IMG/VR virus record: IMGVR_UViG_3300031555_010821
DNA: 64,000 nt
Direction: 5' to 3' (one strand)
Origin: an uncultured virus (IMG/VR IMGVR_UViG_3300031555_010821)
Taxonomy: Duplodnaviria > Heunggongvirae > Uroviricota > Caudoviricetes
Position numbers and translations under genes: made by a program. The notes under the pieces are model-generated. The model was not told the DNA's origin and made no database searches. It was given only the letters and a program-made list of their open reading frames with translations. Shown here one piece after another: positions 38,042-48,780 of this stretch (its first letter is position 1; each line of letters opens with the position of its first letter).

Positions 38042-40759
38042 CTACCTTGCGTATGCGAGGCCACGAGCGAGTTGTGCAGTCACATCCCCTGCGGACTTAT
38101 CCATCGTAGAGGCGGCGTTCTGCTGAATCGCCCTGTCGCCGTTGAACTCATTATTGATTTCGACGTTCTGGACGATGCTTCTGTTGTTCGTGGTATTGGA
38201 AACAGAACCGGCAGTGTTCGTCTTTACAAGGCCGGCTTTTGCCAGGAGTTCCATATTATTGGTGAGCTCGCCTAGCGTGGCCTTGATATTGACAATACCC
38301 TCCTTGGTAAGGAGTTCCTTGCTGCCGATCATCTCACCTATGGCATTCTTGAGCTTGGCAAAGCCATCCTTAGCATTGAGTTCATGATTGCCGGTCAGAT
38401 CGTTAAGGGCAGCCCTGGTATTAGCGAAAATGGCTTTCGTCGCAGTTGCCACATTGCCGATCAGTTTGCTCAGCACGGCGTTGAAATTGTTCAAACTGGC
38501 GTTGGCGACGATTGGAACGCTCCCAGCCGTTTTATCCTGCGCGGAGTTTGGTCCGACAGAACCGGCGTTAGCATTCTTGGGAATAACGCCAGTCTGTTCG
38601 CTCAGAGCAGCATTGGTATTGGCGATACCATCGTTTGTTATGAGGGCCATATCGCCGGTCAGTTCGTTCAAGGCTGCCTTGATTTTCTCCCTGCCACCCT
38701 TAATGCCCTTGCTCATAAGATCGATCATGTCAGGCATATAGGTGTGGAAGTTGCTCAAGGGGCCATCCTCCGGTTCCGAGAAACCGAGGAACGACTTGAT
38801 TTTGTCTGCGACGTCTTTCACTGCATCGCCGACATGGCTGATGGCGTTTTTGATGCCGTTTACGATACCCATGACAATGTCCTTGCCCCAGGTCAGGGCC
38901 TGCTCGGGCAAGGCGCGAATCCACTCGATGGCTGCGGCGAAGCCTTCAACGATGCTGTCTTTGATGTTGACGACTGTATCGCGGACGCCCAGGACGATTC
39001 CGTCGATGAAGTTTCGGAATCCCTCGAAATTTTCATACAGATAGCTGAAAATTCCGGCGAACGGATTGATGATAAACTGGACAATGCTCTGCCAGTTTGT
39101 GCTCTGGAAGATGCCGACGATGCCGTCGAACAAGCCATTAAAGAAGCCGACGATCGGATCGATAACTTTCGTCTTGAACCAGTTTCCTGCTCCGCTCCAG
39201 ACACCTTTTATCCAGTTCCAGCATCGGGACGCCGCATCCTTGACTTTGTCCCAATTCTTAACCAAAAGGGCAATAATTGTAATGAGGGCGGCAATGGCAG
39301 CAACCACAAGACCAACAGGGCTTGTGATGAAGCCGATCACTGCACTGACTGCTGAGATGGCTCCGCTTAATGTGGCGATAATAGGAACAGCAATAGCAAT
39401 CGCGGCGGCTACTACACCGATTGCTTCGCCAAGGGCGTACATGATTTCCTTGGCATCTTCGCTGCCGGTTATCCAGCTCATGAACGACACAATGGCGTTG
39501 GCGATGACGCCAAGGACTTTGCCTATACCGCCGAGAATTTCGTCGCCCCACTCTGCCCAGAAGGAACGGATTCCCTCAAAGAGCATTTTGAATACCGAAC
39601 AGAATCCTACCCACATAGGAAGAACTGTGTCTCGTATTCCTCGAAATACTGTTACAAGCTTTTCTCGAAGTCCGTCTGCATCGATACCTGCTTTTTCAAG
39701 CAATGAACCGAAGATCGAGTCGCCGCCCTTCATGAAGACGATAAAGTCTTCGATCAGAAGCGCAAGTAGTATTACGGCGGCAGCAATACCGACAATTTTG
39801 AGCCGTGTTAGAGATAGTGCTGTTGTCAGCTTATTGATGTTGGTTATAAAGACTGCCAACTTATTCAAAGCGGCAACACCAAAGACAGCTCCCGCAGCTA
39901 GTGCTATCAGTTTATAGACTTTTTCGATGCCACCTAATTTATCACCTAACCAGACAACGCCATTGCGCACTCGGGTTAAGACACGAAGCAGCCCGTCAAA
40001 GCCCTTTACCATAACGGTAGATAGGGTCTGCGTCAGTTGAATTGCATCATTGGTGTCTGCCAGCCAAAGACCCCACTTGTTACGGATCACGGTCATAGCA
40101 TCCGTAATGGTGGTCTTTACATTGCCGAAGCTGGCTTGTATAGAATCAGCGTTGTTTACAAATGCGTTCTTCAGATCTGTGACAGTAAATTTACCGTCCT
40201 GCGCCATTTTCTCAAGCTGGTCGGATGTCGTGCCGAGCTGCCTGTTCAGCAGTTCAACTGCTTCCGGGGAACGCTCAAGGAGCTGGTTCAGCGTTTCGCT
40301 GTCGATCTTGCCTTTGGCAAACGATTTGTTGATGGCTTCCATCAGGCCAGCAATTTCCTCATTGGTTTTACCGGCCGTCTTGAAGAGCATCGTCGCTGCA
40401 TTATTAAACTTAATTGCCTCGTCTACATTTCCGAAGAGTTCCTTGTTTTCTTTGACGAGGTTGGAGACCACTTTAGAGGTCTGTGCGTACTGCGAACGAG
40501 TGGCAGTTGCAGCTTCAAGGATTTTCTGCTGAATCTCGGCCTGGTTGCCGAGTTCACTTGTGGAGTTGCGGATCTGGTCTTTGACTCTGTTGAATTCTTC
40601 AACAAGAGCGTTCATAGAAGTGAGGCTGAGGCCAATGCCAATGGCGCCCAGGACGCGGGTGGCGGTGCTCTTAATCTTGCTGAATGTGTTATTGACCTTC
40701 TGAACGTCGCCGTTGTTCACTTTAAAGCCAATCACATTACTAAACTCGGCAAGAGTCAA
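38042..40759 (-). CDS. Tape measure protein
   Basis: 905 aa; tape-measure-like N-domain, hydrophobic segments, W/F periodic repeats. Confidence 0.92.
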   Translation of the reverse strand: MTLAEFSNVIGFKVNNGDVQKVNNTFSKIKSTATRVLGAIGIGLSLTSMNALVEEFNRVKDQIRNSTSELGNQAEIQQKILEAATATRSQYAQTSKVVSNLVKENKELFGNVDEAIKFNNAATMLFKTAGKTNEEIAGLMEAINKSFAKGKIDSETLNQLLERSPEAVELLNRQLGTTSDQLEKMAQDGKFTVTDLKNAFVNNADSIQASFGNVKTTITDAMTVIRNKWGLWLADTNDAIQLTQTLSTVMVKGFDGLLRVLTRVRNGVVWLGDKLGGIEKVYKLIALAAGAVFGVAALNKLAVFITNINKLTTALSLTRLKIVGIAAAVILLALLIEDFIVFMKGGDSIFGSLLEKAGIDADGLREKLVTVFRGIRDTVLPMWVGFCSVFKMLFEGIRSFWAEWGDEILGGIGKVLGVIANAIVSFMSWITGSEDAKEIMYALGEAIGVVAAAIAIAVPIIATLSGAISAVSAVIGFITSPVGLVVAAIAALITIIALLVKNWDKVKDAASRCWNWIKGVWSGAGNWFKTKVIDPIVGFFNGLFDGIVGIFQSTNWQSIVQFIINPFAGIFSYLYENFEGFRNFIDGIVLGVRDTVVNIKDSIVEGFAAAIEWIRALPEQALTWGKDIVMGIVNGIKNAISHVGDAVKDVADKIKSFLGFSEPEDGPLSNFHTYMPDMIDLMSKGIKGGREKIKAALNELTGDMALITNDGIANTNAALSEQTGVIPKNANAGSVGPNSAQDKTAGSVPIVANASLNNFNAVLSKLIGNVATATKAIFANTRAALNDLTGNHELNAKDGFAKLKNAIGEMIGSKELLTKEGIVNIKATLGELTNNMELLAKAGLVKTNTAGSVSNTTNNRSIVQNVEINNEFNGDRAIQQNAASTMDKSAGDVTAQLARGLAYAR

Positions 40760-40798
40760 ATCAGATCACCTCTTTCTTTTGTGGATGTCGGCAAAAGA

Positions 40799-40827
40799 TT
40801 GACTTTGCCTAAAACCGTTGGTAAAAT
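40799..40827 (+). promoter_or_regulatory. sigmaA promoter of nuclease moron
   Basis: TTGACT-17 bp-TAAAAT with TGn extension. Confidence 0.75.
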
Positions 40828-40877
40828 AATGCTCTCAGAATCACATGGAACAAGAATTGACCAAGGGGCTGAAGAAC

Positions 40878-42020
40878 ATGGGTAATATCTTTCACATCGA
40901 TGCGTCAAATAACGCAATTCCCTTGCGCGAAGAGAAATACGAGTCCGAAAATCTGCTTCAGGAATTGATTGAAAAACATCCTAACATCCTTGCCGGCGAA
41001 CAGATATCGCCGGATGAGCCGAGGAAGTGGATTCTTATCTCCCGCGAGATGGGAGTCCCTGGTCAGGAAGATGGCCGGGATCAGTGGTTCTTAGACCATC
41101 TATTTATCGATCAGGACGCTACGCCGACCTTTGTCGAGGTGAAGCGCAGCACTGATACCAGAATTCGCCGTGAAGTTGTCGCGCAGATGCTGGACTATGC
41201 GGCCAATGCAACTGCATATTGGCCGACCGAGAGGATTCGAGAAGCCTTCGAGTCTGGCCTTTCCTCCCCTTCATCTGTGCTTTCGAACAGGTTGGGTGTG
41301 TCGCCTGAGGACGAAGATCGGTTCTGGGAAAAGGTTGAGATTAATCTCCGCCTTGGAAAGCTCCGTCTAATGTTTGTCGCAGACGAAATACCGGCATCAT
41401 TACAACGGATTATTGAGTTCTTGAACAGTCAGATGGTAGATACCGAAGTTCTTGGTCTGGAAATCAAACAGTATGTTTCAAGCAACAAGCAGAGAACCCT
41501 TGTGCCAAAACTGATCGGTAAGACTGCCGCTGCAGTCCAGGTCAAGAAGACGAATAACTTCATTTGGACTGAAGAAATCTACCTGGAACAAGTCGAAAAA
41601 GTCAGTGGCGAAGCCGGCAGAATTGTTTGTGAAAAACTATTACAGGATTTCAAATCTTTGGGATGCAAAATCCGATGGGGCAAAGGACTTGTTCAGGGCG
41701 GATTCACTGTTTCAAGTTGCGGGAATCATGCGCATCGGCTTTGTTCTGTTTATTTCCACAAACATGATACGAAGGTCGAAATGCCTTTCAGTGAATACAT
41801 CCCGCCCTATAATGATGGGGAGTATAAGAAATCTCTGATTGCAAAGCTCAACGCTATTGAAGGCTGCAACATTCCCAGCAATCCGTTACGGCCTTCTTTT
41901 GATTGCAGACTGCTGATAGACGGTTCCGCCTACGACAGATTTATTGCAATTATCAAAGACATGGTCAATGACATCAATTCATATGAGGCACAAGCTGAAA
42001 ATTCCTTTTCGGCAAATTAA
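40878..42020 (+). CDS. PD-(D/E)XK (NucS-like) endonuclease moron
   Basis: E..LQ.LI; DHLFID...FVEVK; QMLDY; only long plus-strand gene with a recognisable product. Confidence 0.75.
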   Translation: MGNIFHIDASNNAIPLREEKYESENLLQELIEKHPNILAGEQISPDEPRKWILISREMGVPGQEDGRDQWFLDHLFIDQDATPTFVEVKRSTDTRIRREVVAQMLDYAANATAYWPTERIREAFESGLSSPSSVLSNRLGVSPEDEDRFWEKVEINLRLGKLRLMFVADEIPASLQRIIEFLNSQMVDTEVLGLEIKQYVSSNKQRTLVPKLIGKTAAAVQVKKTNNFIWTEEIYLEQVEKVSGEAGRIVCEKLLQDFKSLGCKIRWGKGLVQGGFTVSSCGNHAHRLCSVYFHKHDTKVEMPFSEYIPPYNDGEYKKSLIAKLNAIEGCNIPSNPLRPSFDCRLLIDGSAYDRFIAIIKDMVNDINSYEAQAENSFSAN

Positions 42021-42064
42021 CATCATACATAATTGGCCCACCCAGCGGTATTCGTTGGGTGGGT

Positions 42065-42340
42065 TTATCTATTTGTCTGAGCCTTGAGTTCTTCGGAGCG
42101 GAAGTATTCGATATCCTGCTCCATACGGAACAGCGCGTAGAGCTTCAGAGCTTCTTCCAATGTGTAATGGTGGTCAAGCTCCATCTTCGAGGCGAGCTTG
42201 GCTTTGATGAGGACATACATCCTCATTTCCAATTCGGAGAAGTAACTGAGGTCTAGTTCTCCGTACCGTTGGTACTCGGAGTCACCTTCTCCAGTAGACC
42301 TTGCAGGCCGCCAAATCGGGCTCCGAGCTTCTTGAAAAAA
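42065..42340 (-). CDS. Tail assembly chaperone extension (GT-like, -1 frame)
   Basis: -1 frame relative to chaperone; T TTT TTC at 42340-42334; YTLEEALKL motif. Confidence 0.6.
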   Translation of the reverse strand, partial: FFQEARSPIWRPARSTGEGDSEYQRYGELDLSYFSELEMRMYVLIKAKLASKMELDHHYTLEEALKLYALFRMEQDIEYFRSEELKAQTNR

Positions 42341-42747
42341 CTGCCGAAGTTTAATCTGATGACCTCGAAGCAAAGGATGAACATATCCTGCAATTCGCCG
42401 CAGAAAATCTCGTTGGCCAGGTCCATCGTGAGGATTTCAGGTCGGCCTGTTTCGGGGTTTTCTACGGAAATATTCTTGTTGTCGATAAGGAGCTTCTTCA
42501 TCAGCCGCTCGACCTTATCGCCGGAAATGGATGAAAATGCATCAGAAATTGCGGGAAGCGCAGTGTCGATTTCAACATCCATGATATTTTCAGTGTCATT
42601 GCCAACAATGGCAGAAAGGCCGGACAGGAGCGGAGAGACAAGCGCTGCCAGCTCACCGCTGAGATTCGCGGCCGTGAATGCGGCAAACGGGCGGATATAA
42701 AAGATGTTATCTCCAACCTGTTTGTCAAATACATCCATTCTTTTCAT
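42253..42747 (-). CDS. Tail assembly chaperone
   Basis: Between tube and TMP. Confidence 0.8.
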   Translation of the reverse strand: MKRMDVFDKQVGDNIFYIRPFAAFTAANLSGELAALVSPLLSGLSAIVGNDTENIMDVEIDTALPAISDAFSSISGDKVERLMKKLLIDNKNISVENPETGRPEILTMDLANEIFCGELQDMFILCFEVIRLNFGSFFKKLGARFGGLQGLLEKVTPSTNGTEN

Positions 42748-42835
42748 ATTGATTACCTCCTGATTATGGGGCCGTCCCCCTTAGACTGCCCAATGTGGGG
42801 AATGGGGAGCAAGTGCTCCCCACCCGTTCAGAACA

Positions 42836-43258
42836 TTACTCAGTCAGAATGCCTGCGCCAGTGTGAAGTTCCCACTCACGATTGGCGGACTCTCTGCCAA
42901 AGCCACGAGATGCGGGGCGGATCGGCCAAGCAGCTTCGGAGCTGAAAACCAAACCGCCCTTCAGGTCTTTCACCAGGATCGGGAACATGCCGTCGCCGGT
43001 CTTGATGTCCTGAGCCAGCTTCTGCTGGAGGAAGGAATTGCTGTCGGAAGTCTGAAGCACCGTCACCTTTACGATGTAGGTATCGTCGGGACTGATACTG
43101 CGAACGATTTCACCGTCACAGCCGACCTTCTTGGTAACGCCATCGCCGTTGGGGTCGATGGTAACGAAGGTGTCTTCGGCAAAGCCGGTTACGATGTGAT
43201 TGCCCAGGGCAATTGTGACTTCCTTGGGGTTGTAAGTCTTAATCTGTCCCATCTGCAA
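42836..43258 (-). CDS. Tail tube protein (DUF3277-like)
   Basis: TYNPKEV...VGCDGE...LQTSDSN...REW. Confidence 0.88.
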   Translation of the reverse strand: MQMGQIKTYNPKEVTIALGNHIVTGFAEDTFVTIDPNGDGVTKKVGCDGEIVRSISPDDTYIVKVTVLQTSDSNSFLQQKLAQDIKTGDGMFPILVKDLKGGLVFSSEAAWPIRPASRGFGRESANREWELHTGAGILTE

Positions 43259-43269
43259 ATCCTCCTTTC

Positions 43270-44814
43270 TTACATTTCGTAGGTCAGGCTGCCGGTGATT
43301 TCAGCGAAATGAATTGCACCAGCCAGTCTGGCCTTAAACTTGCAGTTGTGGAGTTTGCGGCCTGCTCTATCCGCAGGAGCGATGCTGGAAGCCAGCGGGA
43401 CAGAAGTAACAAAGCCGGGGATGGGGTTGCCATCCGCATCGAACTCGTCTTCTGCAATGCCGCCAACATTCTGACCGCGCTTCAGAGAGGCCATCATCTG
43501 GTTCTGAACCAGAGAAATACCAGCATCGGTGAAGGGCACCTTCGGGCGGGTAAGGAACAGATTTACGACAGCAACCTGCATATCGTTCTTCTGCCAGTCG
43601 CGGAAGCGGATAACGTCCGCCCACTCACCTGCCGCGACCTTGCCGTTCATACTGATGTTCTTGTTGCCGACCGTAATGAAGTAATTCAGATTGGCTTCCG
43701 CGAGGGCAGTCATTTCTGTCACGGTCAGCTCAGAGGGATAAACGGAAGCCAGAGTCTTGAACGCAGCAGTTTCACTGCCGGACTCATAGTTGAGCCACTT
43801 AGCAACCCAGGCGACGTTCATGTAGCGATTGGCTTCCGGGATATCATCTTCGGCCTGCTCGGGATTCTCGCGGCCGTAGATGCCCATGGAGCGGTAGTAA
43901 GCATTGCCGACAGTGGGAACGTCGGAATCTTCACCGGCGCCGAAGAAGCCCATTTCGGTGTAGCAGAACATCTTTTCCTGAGTTTCAATGCAGGCGGCGA
44001 TGTCTTCGAACTTGGCGGGATCAACGCCGGCAGGGCAAAGAACATACCAGCCACTGGTCGCCAAAGCTCTCTGGACGGTGATGACAGGATCTTCCAGTTC
44101 AGCTTCGGGAGAATCGACCGGCTCCATTTCCTCAGGCTCAACGGCGACGGGAGTGGTGCTGGGATAATCGATGCTGATGACGTAGGTCACTTCAGGAGAG
44201 CCTTCCTTGAAAATCTTCATTTCAAAGACAACGGGCTCATCGCCCTTCTCAAGAGCCAGCAGGCGAGCATCGTACTCTGTCTGCTTGAAGTGACCGTAAT
44301 GCTCTACGGTGATTCCGTCGATGGTGGCGGTATAGCCATTCTCGACGAACTCAGCCAGAGCCTGGAACAGACCGTGACCGTCTGCTTCAGCAAACGGGAC
44401 AGTCAGGGTGACGTCAATACGGCGGGCGTCCAGATTCATGTCTACACTGCAACCGACCATTTCGTATGCACCGACATGATTGCCAAGCGCAGAATTCATG
44501 GCGGCGATCGTTTCCGCAGCAGCCTGAGCAGCCGCGGTGCGTCGCTGAGTTGCAATGTAGATGGTGTGAGGCGTGGGGCTCTGCGCGAATGCAACTCGTG
44601 CAGCAACACCGACAGGGTCAGCGCCATCGCCGCTTACGATAAAGCCGGCGTCAGACACTTCGTTGATGTTGGAATAAGCACCAACATCCGGTGCAGTGTG
44701 GTCTCCTTTCGGTGCAGGCCCTAAGATCAGGAGATTGTCAAAGCTCGTACCATCAACAATCGGAGTTGCGATGTCGATGTCAACATTGGCAATCAGATCA
44801 AAGTTTTTACTCAT
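43270..44814 (-). CDS. Tail sheath protein (DUF3383-like)
   Basis: [34 protein letters not shown]. Confidence 0.9.
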   Translation of the reverse strand: MSKNFDLIANVDIDIATPIVDGTSFDNLLILGPAPKGDHTAPDVGAYSNINEVSDAGFIVSGDGADPVGVAARVAFAQSPTPHTIYIATQRRTAAAQAAAETIAAMNSALGNHVGAYEMVGCSVDMNLDARRIDVTLTVPFAEADGHGLFQALAEFVENGYTATIDGITVEHYGHFKQTEYDARLLALEKGDEPVVFEMKIFKEGSPEVTYVISIDYPSTTPVAVEPEEMEPVDSPEAELEDPVITVQRALATSGWYVLCPAGVDPAKFEDIAACIETQEKMFCYTEMGFFGAGEDSDVPTVGNAYYRSMGIYGRENPEQAEDDIPEANRYMNVAWVAKWLNYESGSETAAFKTLASVYPSELTVTEMTALAEANLNYFITVGNKNISMNGKVAAGEWADVIRFRDWQKNDMQVAVVNLFLTRPKVPFTDAGISLVQNQMMASLKRGQNVGGIAEDEFDADGNPIPGFVTSVPLASSIAPADRAGRKLHNCKFKARLAGAIHFAEITGSLTYEM

Positions 44815-45529
44815 TGCCTGTTTCCTCCTTGATTTCAACTTCGGTAAAGTAGCCAGCATCTTTCTCGGCCAGTTCTTTGCTTCCACCGCCACTGGAGTTC
44901 CCGCTGAAGCTCGGGACGATGATGGAACCGTCATCTTCATTGTTCTTATAGCGGCCGGTCGAACTGGTCGTCGGTGCAGGCTCTTCGGATGTGTAACCGC
45001 CAGCTCCTTCCGGATAAAGGATGCTATCTTCATCGAGAACAGCAACAGAGCCAACGGTGCGCTGGGTGAAATAGAACAGGACATTCAGCCGAGAGCGATA
45101 CTCATAGTTGTTGTCGTTCACCAAGCCGGTGAGGTCCTGTGCTTCACCATCGATCAGAATGCTGAAATCGTTTTTCTGGCACCATTCGATGGTGTAGGGT
45201 GAGCCCAGAAAATCAGCAAGGTCGAGGATGTCGTCCAACGCTGTGTTTTCATAGGCGATAATCGCACCTGTTTCATCATCGATCACGGGTTCTCCGTGAG
45301 TGAACAGGTCGATGGTAATGGAAATGCGGGACAGGTAATGGCCCACCAGATACCCGTCAACCATCTTGTAGACAGGGTTTTGATGGCGATTTACATTACC
45401 CGTGGTGATAGACACAAGAGGCAGTGCCGACTTTGCAACGCGGCTTTGCCGGGAAAAGATGACATCTGCACCGGAAAAGTAATCCTGCAAATACTGCCGG
45501 AAGAGGTTTTTCGCCTGAGATAACTTCAT
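44807..45529 (-). CDS. Neck/tail terminator protein
   Basis: Synteny before sheath; start trimmed to MKLSQAK. Confidence 0.7.
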   Translation of the reverse strand: MKLSQAKNLFRQYLQDYFSGADVIFSRQSRVAKSALPLVSITTGNVNRHQNPVYKMVDGYLVGHYLSRISITIDLFTHGEPVIDDETGAIIAYENTALDDILDLADFLGSPYTIEWCQKNDFSILIDGEAQDLTGLVNDNNYEYRSRLNVLFYFTQRTVGSVAVLDEDSILYPEGAGGYTSEEPAPTTSSTGRYKNNEDDGSIIVPSFSGNSSGGGSKELAEKDAGYFTEVEIKEETGNE

Positions 45530-45948
45530 GCGCCGCCTCCCTCTGTGCCGCCTGAAGCCGGTATCGGAGCGCCCAACGGTGGCTCCAGATCTGTCGTTTT
45601 GCCGACATCCGTTGGGCAGAGAACGAACTGATAGTTGTAGTGCGCCAGGATCGTGTGATCCCACATCTGGCAACTCACACACTCATACCAGTCGTCGTGG
45701 TAATAGAGCAGATCGCCCTTCTGGTTCTGTTCTTCATTGGCTACTTTCAATTCGATTTCGCCGTGTGCCTCAAGGCGTTTAATGTGACGCTGGCCCTCAG
45801 GAAGAGCCTGCATTACATCAGAGCCGACAGGATGGACATTCAGGCTTGCCACAAAGTCTTCATTGCCGGAAACGAGATAGCCCTTGACTACGCGCTGTGT
45901 TCCGAACCGCCGAATCCAGTAGTTCTTGTTAAACAGTCTGATGTTCAA
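45526..45948 (-). CDS. Head-tail joining protein
   Basis: QALPEGQR, GDLLYY; synteny. Confidence 0.75.
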   Translation of the reverse strand: MNIRLFNKNYWIRRFGTQRVVKGYLVSGNEDFVASLNVHPVGSDVMQALPEGQRHIKRLEAHGEIELKVANEEQNQKGDLLYYHDDWYECVSCQMWDHTILAHYNYQFVLCPTDVGKTTDLEPPLGAPIPASGGTEGGGA

Positions 45949-45952
45949 GGTC

Positions 45953-46417
45953 TCACTCCTTCTTGATGACGTAGTTGACGTTCTGTCGCATGAAGCCTGT
46001 GTCGATCAGAGGTTGCTCAGAACCTTTCTTCTTGATGGTGGATGGTGCGTTGGGTTCGAAGTCGCCGTTAACGATTTCCTCTTGTACCAGACCTCTCGCA
46101 AATACGCCGAGCTGTTTGAGAGCCTGCTCTGCGCTACCGCCGGTCGAAACCGTTTGATAAGCGTGAGCGCAAGCCTGTTTCAGTTCAGGTTCGTGATTTT
46201 CGAAGCTCTGCTTCATAAAAGGGCGCGGCGGCCTGTCGGAACTGCCAAACTCATTGTAGGCAGCTACATCGACCAGATCTGTGCCGTCTTCGTAGGCGTT
46301 CTCCCCTGCCTGAAAACCAACATGGATGGTGCTCTCAATGAGCTTGTTGATTTCAGCCATAAACTTTTTCCCCTCGGGGGTGAGTTTTGCACCTTCAAAA
46401 TTGAAGTTTGCGGGCAT
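45953..46417 (-). CDS. Neck / virion morphogenesis protein
   Basis: NEFG...PRPF, PNAPSTIKKKGS..PLIDTG. Confidence 0.85.
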   Translation of the reverse strand: MPANFNFEGAKLTPEGKKFMAEINKLIESTIHVGFQAGENAYEDGTDLVDVAAYNEFGSSDRPPRPFMKQSFENHEPELKQACAHAYQTVSTGGSAEQALKQLGVFARGLVQEEIVNGDFEPNAPSTIKKKGSEQPLIDTGFMRQNVNYVIKKE

Positions 46418-46422
46418 GAGGT

Positions 46423-46824
46423 TTACACCTCCTCTTCACCACTAACATGAATCGGTACGATGACCGATCTGCGGAGCTGGAGATATTGGACGCCGTATAC
46501 TGTCAGGCCGAGTTCGGCATCCGCTGCGAGGTTGGATGCCTGATTTGCTCCAAAGCTGATGCTACTGCCGCCCTCGGATACGCTTCCAACAGCGAAGCCG
46601 ATGCCGATAGTTCCAAGATCTCCAAGCGGACTTTCGCCGTAGCCGGCCATCTTCAGCTTGTGGCATACGAGATAGGCAATGCCCTGCTCATATAACTTGC
46701 CAAACTGCTTTCTGCTCACCATGGGACGGACAACTTCGATCCACTTTTCGAGGTCTGCCTCCTTAACGGCTGCAAACTCCGTCCCAATCATGCGGATAAT
46801 CTCAATGGCCGTCATCGCTGTCAC
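46423..46824 (-). CDS. Head-tail adaptor (DUF4054-like)
   Basis: [23 protein letters not shown]. Confidence 0.82.
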   Translation of the reverse strand: MTAMTAIEIIRMIGTEFAAVKEADLEKWIEVVRPMVSRKQFGKLYEQGIAYLVCHKLKMAGYGESPLGDLGTIGIGFAVGSVSEGGSSISFGANQASNLAADAELGLTVYGVQYLQLRRSVIVPIHVSGEEEV

Positions 46825-46827
46825 TCC

Positions 46828-47154
46828 TTACTGATTCTGAGCACCTGCTGCGGCAGCAGCTTTTGCAGCAGCTTCAGCAGCAGCCTTAGCTTCCGCCTCG
46901 GCCTTTGCCTTGGCCTCTGCTTCAGCCTTAGCCTTTGCTTCGGCTTCCGCCTTGGCTTTCGCCTCAGCCTCGGCCTTAGCCTTGGCATCGTTCTTGACCT
47001 TGGGCTCCTCTACAACGGCCAGCAGACCCATTTTGATAAGGGTCGCAACGGACGGAGCATTAGCCATGGCCTTGGAAACTTCCGTAGTGGCGTCGGGCAG
47101 AAGAACGGTGGTGCCCACGCTGATGATTTTCGAACCGATATTCTTAATTTTCAT
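46828..47154 (-). CDS. Capsid-associated protein with AEAKAK repeats
   Basis: GGAGG RBS; tandem KAKAEAEA. Confidence 0.75.
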   Translation of the reverse strand: MKIKNIGSKIISVGTTVLLPDATTEVSKAMANAPSVATLIKMGLLAVVEEPKVKNDAKAKAEAEAKAKAEAEAKAKAEAEAKAKAEAEAKAAAEAAAKAAAAAGAQNQ

Positions 47155-47186
47155 TTGTTTGACCTCCAAATAATTACCAGAATGAA

Positions 47187-47218
47187 GCAGAGGGATTACC
47201 AAACGGCAATCCCTCTGC
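47187..47218. terminator. Stem-loop after major capsid gene
   Basis: gcagagggatt...aatccctctgc. Confidence 0.55.
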
Positions 47219-47226
47219 ACAAAAAA

Positions 47227-48261
47227 TCAGGAAACGCCGACAGCGATCAGGCAGGACAGCGGGTAGTACACGATGACGCCAGCGGTGCGGGCTTCACACG
47301 GAACCACGATTTCCAGATTGCGGGCCTGGAGCGGATACTGATAGAACGGCATCGGATTCTCCAGAGACAGCTTGCGAATGTCATTCTTGAACAGGAAAGC
47401 AACGCCCTGGCCGTTGGCGGCATAGGGGTTGGTATCCACACTGTCGCTGTCCAGCTCAGCGGTGGACACAATGTCCTTCAGGTAGGGAGCGTGCTCCAGC
47501 AGGAATGCCTTGACAGTGGTGGAAGTATCCTTGATGCGGCGGGTGCTGATGTCCATGTAGACATCGGACGGGACGCACAGAGTATCGGGGCGCTCCACGT
47601 TCTTGGTCACGCGGGCAACCTGCTTCTGCATACCGTTGATGTCCAGCAGGATCTCGTCAGCAGTCTTGTCCAGCCAGGTGCTGGCGCCGGACTCGGCACC
47701 GACGCCGATGGTGAACAGGGGGATGTTCTGGCCTTCAGACAGAACGCCCATCAGGCCGAAATCCTTGTCACCGGCCCAAGCGATCTGGTTGGTCAGGCGG
47801 TCGATCTGGTAGCGAGCGGACTCAGCCTTGCGGACATCCAGAGACTTGCCAGCCAGACGGGAGGCCCTCATTTCCTGAGCGGAGTAGCCGTAGCTGTCGC
47901 CGATGGACTTGATGATAGCCAGAGAGGGCTTACCATTCACGTCAGCACGGGGCAGATCGGTGGAATAGTTGTCGATGACCTTAGCCAGGCCGGCCTTGTC
48001 ATAGGTGTAGTAAGTGATGGTCTCAGCACCGGAGTCGGCCTCGGAGCTGATCGGGAACAGAGACAGAGCGGTGAGTTCAGGGTACTCGACATCATAGGAC
48101 TGAGCCTTGATGTAGTCCAGCTCACGGGCAAAGAACACGGAAGCGTCTTCAGCGCTGTCAAAGCGAGTGCCTTCGGAAGCCATGATGGCGGCCGGAATGG
48201 CGGAGTTTCTCAGCGTCTTCAGCTCGACGCTATCGTAGTGGGTGTGCTGCTGCTTCTTCAT
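47227..48261 (-). CDS. Major capsid protein (DUF2184-like)
   Basis: FARELDYI, DLPRADV, YGYSAQE, GVIVYYP; strong codon bias. Confidence 0.92.
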   Translation of the reverse strand: MKKQQHTHYDSVELKTLRNSAIPAAIMASEGTRFDSAEDASVFFARELDYIKAQSYDVEYPELTALSLFPISSEADSGAETITYYTYDKAGLAKVIDNYSTDLPRADVNGKPSLAIIKSIGDSYGYSAQEMRASRLAGKSLDVRKAESARYQIDRLTNQIAWAGDKDFGLMGVLSEGQNIPLFTIGVGAESGASTWLDKTADEILLDINGMQKQVARVTKNVERPDTLCVPSDVYMDISTRRIKDTSTTVKAFLLEHAPYLKDIVSTAELDSDSVDTNPYAANGQGVAFLFKNDIRKLSLENPMPFYQYPLQARNLEIVVPCEARTAGVIVYYPLSCLIAVGVS

Positions 48262-48278
48262 TTCAGTTTACCTCCTTA

Positions 48279-48779
48279 TTACTCCTGGGCCTGATTGAAC
48301 AGCTCAATCATGGCGACCTGGGCGACAGTGTCGACACCACTCAGGAAGCGGGCCTTGATGGCGATGGTAGTGCCTTCAGCTTCAGCGTTGGTGAAGCAGC
48401 CGGCCTCATCACCGGAAACGATCAGATGAACAGCTTCGCCGTAGGCGGGCTCAACATCGGCAGCGATGCGGCCATAGATGCGACCGTAGCGCATAACACC
48501 GACAGAGGCACCCTTACGAACGGACAGCTCGCCGTCCATGTTGTACTCGGTGGTGCGGTTGTTTGTAGCGATACCCTCGAACTTGTCGACGGTAGCGCCG
48601 GCGGCAGGGACGTTGATGCCGTGGCCGGGGTTCTCCCCCTGCACGACACCCATGCCGAACTTCATGATGCCGTTGGCAGCCTCGTTGATGAAGCTATCGA
48701 CAGCGTAGGGAGCCAGGTCGACGATGCCGCCGGCATGGCCCATGGGGGTGTTATAACCGTATCTGGTCTGAGCGCTCAT
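48279..48779 (-). CDS. Capsid decoration/cement protein
   Basis: FGMGVVQG, VMRYGRIY; precedes capsid gene. Confidence 0.82.
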   Translation of the reverse strand: MSAQTRYGYNTPMGHAGGIVDLAPYAVDSFINEAANGIMKFGMGVVQGENPGHGINVPAAGATVDKFEGIATNNRTTEYNMDGELSVRKGASVGVMRYGRIYGRIAADVEPAYGEAVHLIVSGDEAGCFTNAEAEGTTIAIKARFLSGVDTVAQVAMIELFNQAQE

Positions 48780-48780
48780 A

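Noticed and set aside
43309..48294. Long plus-strand ORFs opposite sheath and capsid (also opposite TMP, HD and fibre genes)
   Set aside because: Antisense shadows of codon-biased genes with no recognisable motifs
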